Shown here: piece by piece, positions 55,614 to 64,000 of the stretch
How the letters are laid out: the number at the start of each line of letters is the position of its first letter
How positions within the stretch are numbered: position 1 is the stretch's first letter
DNA from: the human T2T-CHM13v2.0 reference genome, Homo sapiens
NCBI RefSeq assembly: GCF_009914755.1
Contig: NC_060934.1
Reading direction: 5' to 3' (one strand)
Length of the DNA: 64,000 bases
Position numbers and translations under genes: made by a program
Notes under the pieces: generated by a model
Seen by the model: the letters and a program-made list of their open reading frames with translations, nothing else
Databases searched by the model: none
Told to the model about the DNA's origin: nothing

Positions 55614-55886
55614 AGAAAATGTAGCTTAATTGCATTATAGGGTTTGGTAGAAAGTAGAAATTGTGAGCAACAAACTTGAGAATCTAGCTGAAGAGATTTC
55701 CAAGAAAAATGTAGAAAGTATGGCCGTTTTCACCTTGTTGCTCATAGCAAAATGAAAGCAGAAGCAGAAAAAATATGGAAGAACTATGAAACAAAGAAGG
55801 ACCAGTAGTTGATCTGAAAAATTTTCAGCCTATTCAGATAATATGCTCCAGACAATGTGGCCAAGGGTGTGGCTGGACAAACCTTT
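55614..55886 (+). repeat. Orphan copy of MaLR internal sequence duplicating 57606-57881
   Basis: Colinear alignment; final 52 bp identical. Confidence 0.9.
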
Positions 55887-56695
55887 TCCAGTTCAAGAAA
55901 ATTTCAATTTCACAATTTATTTTCCAGTCCCCAAAAATACAACTGCAGGATATCTGCTTCTGACCCAGATGGAGTATCATGGACTAAATTTATTCTCCTG
56001 TCTGATGAAAAACCAAAAACATGGGCAAAATATATTAAATACATTTTTAACATATATTAATAAATCATACTTTTGGAAAAAAAATAGTTTGCAAGGCACT
56101 GGAAGACAGACAATGAAGGGCAGTGATCTTTCAGTGATGGGAAACAAATGGGATGAACTCTAAGCTCCCCAAGCTTACTGCTTTGAGAGAGTTTCCAGGC
56201 CATGGCTTGAGGTATTTGGAAGTGGAAGAAGGAGGCTGGTAGACTCTCTTAGTTGAGGAAACAAAGCTGAGAGTCCAAGAAGACTAAGGTGGCTAGAATT
56301 CACAGGAGAGTACTAGAGAGCTGAGAGCTATGTAGTGTGAAAACTTCAGAGATCTGTAGAAAGTCCCCCTTTAGTACTTAGCTTAGTACTGATTGATGTA
56401 TACATGTAAAGAAACTACTGGAAGCTGGGGAGATAACCACTTGAAAGGATTAAAGGTCATAGTGACTGGTAGTCACACAGGGCTGAAAAGAGTGCCCATT
56501 CCCATCAGCCAGACAGGAACACCTCAAGATCCACAGGGCGGTGGGTACAGCACATAGAAGGGTCTTGCCTCCACAATGGAGGTTATAAGCCATTAATTGA
56601 GCAAGATCCAATTATATGCTGCTTGCAAGAAATGCACTGTCAATATAAAAATATAAACAGGTTAAAAAGGAAAGGATAAAAAAAGATACACCATG

Positions 56696-58740
56696 TGTAC
56701 TGGGTTGAATAGTGTCTGTGAAGAATTCAAGTCTACCCAGAATCTCGAATATGACCTTATTTGGAAATAGGGTCTTTGGAGATATAAATAGTTAAGATGG
56801 GGTCACACTAGATTAGGGTGGGCCCTAAATCCAATATGGCCAGTATTCTTATAAGAAGAAAAGAGGAGACACAGAGGCACAGACAACACACAGAAAAGGA
56901 CAGGTGACAACAGAGGCGGAGACTCTAGAGATGCAGCTGCCGTCCAAGGAATGCCATGGGTTCTCAGCAAACATCAGAAGGTAGGAAGAGACAAGATGTT
57001 ACTCCCTGGAATCTTCAGACCAGAGGATGACCCTGCCAGCACTTCGGTCTCAAACTTCTAGCTTCTAGAATTGTGCAGAATAAATTTCTGTTGTTTGAAG
57101 GCACCTTGTTTCTGGTACAGATGCCCATTGACTTAGGACAGGGTTTCATCCTGATAAACCCATTCTGAAGTTGAACAATTGTAAGTTGAACCACTGTAAG
57201 ACTGGGACCATCTGTAATTAGTAATGATGGTCTTAGGAAACTAACGTTGATTTTGGTACTGGGAAATGGGGTGCTATTGTGCAAATACCTAATAATGTGG
57301 AAGTGGCTGTGGAATTGGGTAATGGGTAAAGGCTGGAAGAATTTTGAGGCACCATGACAGAAAAAAGCCTAGAATTCCTTGAAGAGATTATTGGTAGAAA
57401 TACAGGCACTAAAGATGTTTCTGGTGAAGGCTCAGTGAGAAGTGAAGACCATGGCAGAGAAAGCATCTATCATTTTAGAGAATACCTATATCATCATGAA
57501 TAGATTGTTGGTAGAAATTAGAATATTTCAGGTGCTTCTGGTGAGGTCTCAAAAGAAATATGTTATCAGGCATGAGAGGAAAGGGGATGCTTTTTAGAAA
57601 GAGGTAGAAAATGTAGCTGAATTGCCTTGTAGGGTCCGGTGGAAAGTAGAAATTGTAGCAACAAACTTGGGAATTTAGCTGAAGAGATTTCCAAGAAAAA
57701 TGTAGAAAATGTGGGCTGTTTTCTCCTTATTGCTTATGGCAAAATGAGAGAGGAAAGAAAAAAAAATTGAGGGAGTAACTATTAAACAAAGAAGGATGAG
57801 TACTTGATTTGGAAAATTCTCAACCTATCCAGATAATATGCTCCAGACAATGTGGCCAAGGGTGTGGCTGGACAAACCTTTGCTGAAGAGATGAGGCCTG
57901 TGACTCATGGACCCAAGCAACCATCTCAGCAGAGGCCAGCAATAGAGATGGGTCATCCAGGAAGGATCCATTCAGAATCCTCTCGTGTAATAGTATGGAT
58001 CTCACGGCAGGCACAGGAGAGCAACAAGCTTTCTGAGAGCATTATATCAGCAGAAACACTGACCGCTTGTACTGAAGGGAACAGAGACAGAATGAAATGA
58101 AAGAAGGCAGTTGAACTTCTAGGCTTCTACAGGCAGAAAACAGGCTGATAGAACTGCTCAACTACAGACATGTTCTACCTTTCTAGAAAAAGAAAAGAAA
58201 GACCTCCAGAGGCAGAGGCCAGAAAAGTGGACATAGATGAGAGGCCAATGTGGTCTCTGTAGGCCCAGAAACAGTGACTGGTTCAGTCTTCGTGGGCTCA
58301 GAGGGTGGATCAAGCCACAGAGAATATTATCTGGCCCTAAAGACTAATGGAACCTTCTCTGTTGGGTTTCAAACCTACTTTAGGCCAGTAACTCCTTTAT
58401 TTCTTCAATTTCCTCCCTTTTGGAATGGGAAAGTCTACTGTATGCCTGACCCACCATTGTATTTTGGAAGCAGATAACTTGTTTTCTAGTATCACAGGTC
58501 CACAGACGGACAAGAATTTTCCCAGATTGGATCATACCCAGTGTCTCACCAAACCTAATTTATGTGAATTATATGATGCTATTTGGAACCTTTCGAGCTG
58601 ATGCTCTTCAGAGGGAGCATGCATAGGCCAATACCTTGATTTTGGACTTCTGGCCTCCAGAAATTTGAGAGAATCAATTTCTATTGCTTGTGCCACCTAT
58701 TTTCTGAAGATTTCTTATATCAGCCCTAAGTAACTAATAC
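56696..58740 (+). mobile_element. MLT1C-type MaLR provirus: 5' LTR (~56696-57246), internal region, partial 3' LTR (~58606-58740)
   Basis: tgtactgggttgaatagtgtc...gaccttatttggaaatagggtctttg; LTR-internal junction ggaaactaacgttgattttggtactggg; 3' LTR ttggacttctggcctccagaa...aactaatac. Confidence 0.9.
57118..57214. mobile_element. MER47C-like Tigger MITE (97 bp)
   Basis: cagatgcccattgactta ... taagactgggaccatctg terminal inverted repeats with TA TSD. Confidence 0.85.
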
Positions 58741-59761
58741 CCAAATCAAAAGTAAGCTGGAGTGGCTCTATTAGTAGTAGATGAAGTCAGTTTCAGAGCA
58801 AAGGCTATTGCCAGGGATAGAGAGGGTCATCTGATAATCATAAAATGGTCAGTTTATCAGCTAATCAAGAAGATGTCGTAATTCTAAACTGTTGAAAATA
58901 ATAACATATTTTCAAAATACATGAAACAAACACTGATAGGAGAAACAGACAAATCCACAATAGTCAGAGTTTTCAACATTCCTCATCAATAATTGATAGA
59001 ATAAGTAGACAGGAAATCAGGAAGGATATAAAAGATTTGAACAACCCTTGAAACAACCTGACCTAATTGACATTTATAAAGCATCATACCCAACAACAGA
59101 ATTCATTGTTTTTAAGTGCACATAGAACATTTAGCAAAATAGTTCATACCCTGGGCCGTAAAATAAGTCTCAATGAATTTAAAAATATTCAAGTGATATA
59201 AAATATGTAAATGATAAAAATATTGAATTATAAATCAGTAGGAAATCTCCAAATATTTGAAGCTGAAATAAAACATTTCTGCATAATGAATGGGTCAAAT
59301 ACATCAAATGGTCATTAGAAAGTATTTTAACTGAATAGGTAAAGAAATACAGCACATCCAAAGAATGCCCCTAAAGCAGTATTGTGGGGGATCTTTTAGC
59401 TCTAAACCTCTATGGTTAGAAACAAAGAAAAGTCTCAAATCAATTACTTCAGCTTCCACATTAAGAAACTACAAAAAGAAGAGCTAATTAAACACAAAAT
59501 AAGTGAAAGAAAGGATATAGTGAAAGTCAAAGTGGAACAGAAAACAGAAAACCAACAAAGAAAATTGATGAAACTAAATGCTGATTCTTTGAGAATATTG
59601 ATAAAATTGCCAAACAGATTTATGGGGTGGGTGGGGAAAAACAGCACAGTTTATGAATATAGAAAATGAAAGAGGTGATATCATTAGAGATTGTACAGGG
59701 ATTAAAACGATAATCATGGGTATTATGACAACTTTATGCCAATAGATTTGACAACCTAGAT

Positions 59762-60280
59762 CAGGGGTGAACAAGCTTCGTCTGCAGAGAACTAGATAGT
59801 AAGTATTTTTGGCTTTGAGGGCCACAAATTGTCTATGTCATGGTTTTTTTCCCCCAACCTTTAAAAATGTAAAAACATTCTTAGCTTGCAGACTGTACTA
59901 GTCCGTTCTCGCACTGCTATAAAGAAATACCTGAGACTGGGTAATTTATAAAGAAAAGAGGTTTAATTGGCTCATGGTTCTGCAGGCTGTACAGGAAGCA
60001 TAGCTTGGGAGGCCCCAGGAAACTTACAATCATGGCGGAAAGTGACGGGGAAGCTAGAGCAGGAGGAAGGGGTGGTGGGGAGGTGCTACGCACTTTTAAA
60101 GAACCAAATCTCACAATAACTCACTCACTATCATGAGAACAGCACTAAAGGGAAATCTGCCCCCATGATCCAGTCACCTCCCATCAGGCTCTACCTCCAG
60201 CATTGGGGATTACAATTTGACATGAGATTTGGGTGGGGACGCAGACCCAAAGCATGTCATGGACTAAGAGCCAACCCCTG
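59762..60280. mobile_element. MER58-type hAT-Charlie MITE interrupted by a THE1D-like LTR
   Basis: Termini caggggt...acccctg; tttaaaaatgtaaaaacattcttagcttgc. Confidence 0.85.
59894..60259 (-). mobile_element. THE1D/MSTA-type solo LTR
   Basis: tgtactagtccgttctcgcactgctataaagaaatacctgagactggg ... cagacccaaagcatgtca; TSD cagac/tggac. Confidence 0.93.
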
Positions 60281-62083
60281 TTTTAAATGAAATGGATGAA
60301 TTCCTTGTAAGACACAAGTTTTCAAAACTCACTAAACAAGAAATAGATAACCTGACTTTCCATTTCTAATAAGAAACTGAATTTTAAATTTTCTCACAAA
60401 GGAAACTACAAACCAGAGCATTTCACTGATAAATTCTACCAAATATTTAAAAAAAGAAATGATACCAATTCTACACAAACTCTTTCAGAAAACTAAAAAG
60501 AGGGAATGCTTTCCAATTCATTCTATGAGACAAGCATCACCCTGTTAGCACAAGCAAGGGTGCTACAAGAAAAGAAAACTAAAGATCAGTATCCCTGGTG
60601 AACATAGATGTAAAATTCTAAACAAAATTTTAGCAAATTGAATCCAACAATTTATAGAAAGTGACATTCCTCATAGCCATGTGGGGTCTGGTTGGTATAA
60701 CATTCAAAAATCAATTTATATAATTTATCACATTAATAAGCTAAAGGAGAAAAACCACATAATCATCTCAATAGATGGAGAAAAGGATTTGACAAAACTC
60801 TACATTCATTCTTGATAAAGAATCTCAGCAAACTAGGAATAGAAGGGAAAGTTCTCAACCTGAAACTTCCTTAATCTAGTAGCAGAAAATTCCCTCCTGC
60901 TATAGCATTTAATAAGGAAAGACTGAGTCTTTTTTCTTCAAGGTCAGGAACTAGACAGTGAGTCTGCCCTCTCCACTCGCATTCAACATTCTATTGCAGG
61001 TTGTAGCCAGCGCGGTCAGAAAGAATGCAATACAAAAGTACAACATAAAAGACACTTATATTGAAAAGAAAGAAATTAAACTGTCTTTCTGCAGACAGCA
61101 TGATTGTCGATGTAGAAAATTGAATAAAATCTTAATAAAAAAGCTACTAGAACTAATAAGTAAGTTTCACAAGTTGGCAAGGTACAAGATATATAAATGG
61201 AAGTAAATAGTATTTCTGTACACTGTACCTGTTACTCCTTCAAAAGTATTAAGCCTTGGGGGATAAATCTGACAAAAGAGGTGAAAATCTGTACACTGAA
61301 AACACAAAACATTGTGGAGAGAAATTAGAGAAGAGCTAAATAAATGGACACACTGAATTTATGGGTCAGAAGACTCAATAGTGTTAACAAATGAATTCTC
61401 CCCAAAAGGGATCTGTATATTTAATGCAATACCAGTCAACATCCCAAGAGGATTTTTCGGTAGAATTTTTTGGTAAAATTCATGTGGACACAGGACCTAA
61501 AATAATCAAATAACGTTGACAGAGAAAAACAAAGTTGGGAGGCTAACAGTGTATGATTTCACGATGTGTTATCAAGTTGCAGTAATCAGGACAGTGTGGT
61601 CTTGACACAGAGATAGGTTAATCAAGGCAACAGAATAGAAAACCTACATATATAAAGCAAAGAGACCTTACATATCTGGAAAACTGATTTCCCACAAAGG
61701 TGCAAAATCAATGAAGTGAGAAAAGAATGAATTTTTCAACATGTGATATTGAACCAATTAGACATCCACATACAAATAAACTTTAATCCTTACATCATTT
61801 TAATATTAACTCACTATGGTCACAGACCTAACATAAGGCTTCACATTATAAAACATTTAGAAGAAAACATTGGAGAAAAATGTCTGTGACTGAGTAGGCA
61901 AAGAGTTCCTAAATACAGCTCTAAAAGCGTGATCCAAAAGCTAGTACATTGGACTTCACTAAAGTTTTTTTAAAACTCATTTTATTTGAGAGACATCAAT
62001 AAGAGAATGAAAAAAGAAGTCACAGACTAGGAGAAAATATTATTACATTATATATCCGATGAAGAAATTGTGTCCAGAACATA

Positions 62084-62130
62084 TTAGGTTTGTGCAAAAA
62101 TAATTGTGGTTTTTGCCTTTACTTTCAATG
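62084..62130. mobile_element. Half MADE1
   Basis: ttaggtttgtgcaaaaataattgtggtttttgcctttactttcaatg: one arm and spacer only. Confidence 0.85.
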
Positions 62131-63061
62131 TATAAAGAATACTTTCAACTATAAAGAATCCCCAACAATTCAACAATAAGAAAAGAAGCAACCCATTTTT
62201 TGTAATTGGGCAAAAGATTTGAATAAGCATTTCACCAAAGAAGACACGCAAATGTCAAATAAGCACACAGAAAGATTCTCAACATCATTAGTTATTAGTA
62301 AAATGCAGATTAAATGTACAGTGAGCTACCACTATCCATATTTTTGAATGGCTAAAATTAAAAATACCAAGTCACGGTGAGAGGGGAAGTACTAGAATTC
62401 TCATATACTCTCAGACACTGCTGGTAGGAATGTAAAATAGCACTATCTCACCTTTGCTTTAGAAAACAGTTTGGCCGTTTCTTAAAAAGTTAAATACACA
62501 TCTACCATTTGATACAGCTGTTCCACTCCTAGATGTTTACTCAAGAGCAAGGAAATCATACAGTTTTGATAGAAAGATGTGTACATGAATGTTCATAGCA
62601 ACTCTATTTGTAAGAGCCAAAAAAATGGAAACAACCCACATGTTCCTCAAGAAAAATATCGACACATAGGCCCCATGGTCTACTCATACAATTGAATGCT
62701 ACTCAGCAATGAAAGGTAATGAGATGTTTATACAGGCAACACCATGCGTGAATCCTGAAATAATTGTGCTGAGTAAAAGACGCCAGGCCAAAAACATGGA
62801 TACATACCATAGGATTCTATTTATGTACAATTCCAGGAAATGGAAACTTACGTAGAGTGAAGGAAGGCAAATCAGTGGTTACTTGGGGACAGGGAAGGGA
62901 TAGGAGAAAAGGATTACAAAGGTGCAGAAGGAAACCTTTGGAGTTGTTAGGTTTATTTATTATTTTGGTTATGGCAGTAGTTTCACAGCTGTAAATTTAT
63001 GAAATCCTGTACTTTAAGTGGGTGTAGTTGATCATCTGTCAGTTACACCTTAGTAAAGCTC

Positions 63062-63330
63062 AGGAAAGGAGGGAGGGAGGAGAGGGGAGGAGAGGAAGTG
63101 AGGAAGGAAGGAGAGGAAGGAAAGATGGAGAGGAGAGAGACAAAGAAAGGGAGGGAGGAGAGGAAGCGAATATAGGCAGGAGAGAGAGGGAAGAAGGGAG
63201 GGAGGGAGAAGAGGGAGGGAGGGAAAAGCGGGAGGAAGGAAGGGAGGGAGGGAGGGAAGATAAGGAGAAGAAGGGAGGAAGAAAGGAGAGGAAAGACAGG
63301 AAGAAAGAAAGGAGAGAGCTTGAAAGAAGG
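63062..63330. repeat. Purine-rich (GGA/GGGA/GGAA) low-complexity tract after the L1 3' end
   Basis: Seen directly in the sequence. Confidence 0.95.
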
Positions 63331-64000
63331 GAAATTTCAGCTATCAGAGAACTCGTCTAGGAGCTCAGGTTAGTGAGAGGAAAGTGAGATTTCTTTGGAG
63401 CTCCTCAGTACCATTTCCTAATCTCACTAAGACTGGCCCTGACTGTGTATATCAGCTAAGTGACCTGTTCCACTGGAATGCTGGCTCACATTATTCCATT
63501 TGCATTTATTTTGTATAATGTCCCTGCAATATTTGTGGGACATGAGGGTTCTACCAGTCCACAATTCCAGAAAAATCTGACCTATCTGCTCCCAGGATGT
63601 CAGATGAAAACGAAGATGGCTATACATACAACTCAGGCCACATTTGTCTTCTAGGACTGAGTTTTTGTTAGTACACATACCTCCTTTCTACTTACCCCTT
63701 ACTGTAGAGAATTCTATTAATGATGGAACTTTCCAATAAGCAAACCCAATTGATGAAAATACAAATGTATGAAACAGATAAAGAAGAAATTGATCACGTT
63801 TCTTATAAAAAGAGTCCGAAAGGGCCACTTTAAGTAAGAAAGCTTCTATAGGGAGTCTAAAGATGAGTCAATGTGTAAAAATTGACTCCGTACATATTTC
63901 AGGAATCCAACTACATACTATTAGGCCAACCTGACCAAGTGAAATGAGTTTTATAAACTGCCCTTGTTTTCAGAAGGGCCTCCATGGTGATGAGTATCCA

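Larger units (their letters stand above)
55950..63060 (+). mobile_element. Long old L1 (L1MD/L1ME-type): 5' region, ORF2 remnants and 3' UTR, hosting nested insertions
   Basis: Endonuclease-region remnant aagatccaattatatgctgcttgcaagaaa...aaagatacaccatg resumes at 58741; RT remnant SPLAFNILLQVVASAVR (ORF 60958); ends gtcagttacaccttagtaaagct. Confidence 0.9.

Noticed and set aside
63028-63360. 110-aa E/G/R-rich ORF
   Set aside because: It is a translation of the purine-rich simple repeat.

Overview
This is primate (human-like) non-coding genomic DNA, intronic or intergenic, and dense in interspersed repeats: Alu/FAM/FLAM, old L1M and one L1PA, L2, MIR, MaLR/ERV LTRs, and hAT and Tc1/mariner MITEs. 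I can support no protein-coding gene, tRNA, rRNA or CRISPR array. The ORF track consists of repeat-derived or chance ORFs. Subfamily names come from my recall of consensus sequences, not from a database search, and boundaries of old elements are approximate. I did not find a convincing new biological system. The most notable signals are: (1) a ~160-bp unique sequence present twice 1.1 kb apart, with one copy inside a TSD-flanked L1 3' end + A-rich tail unit (possible ancient transduction or chimera); (2) a 58-bp tailless Alu with a 17-bp TSD; (3) several fold-back/templated-insertion scars; (4) an orphan local duplicate of MaLR internal sequence with a 52-bp identical end; (5) LTR strand bias, a CpG-enriched segment near 31 kb and two well-formed non-coding exon candidates, which together hint at a + strand transcription unit.
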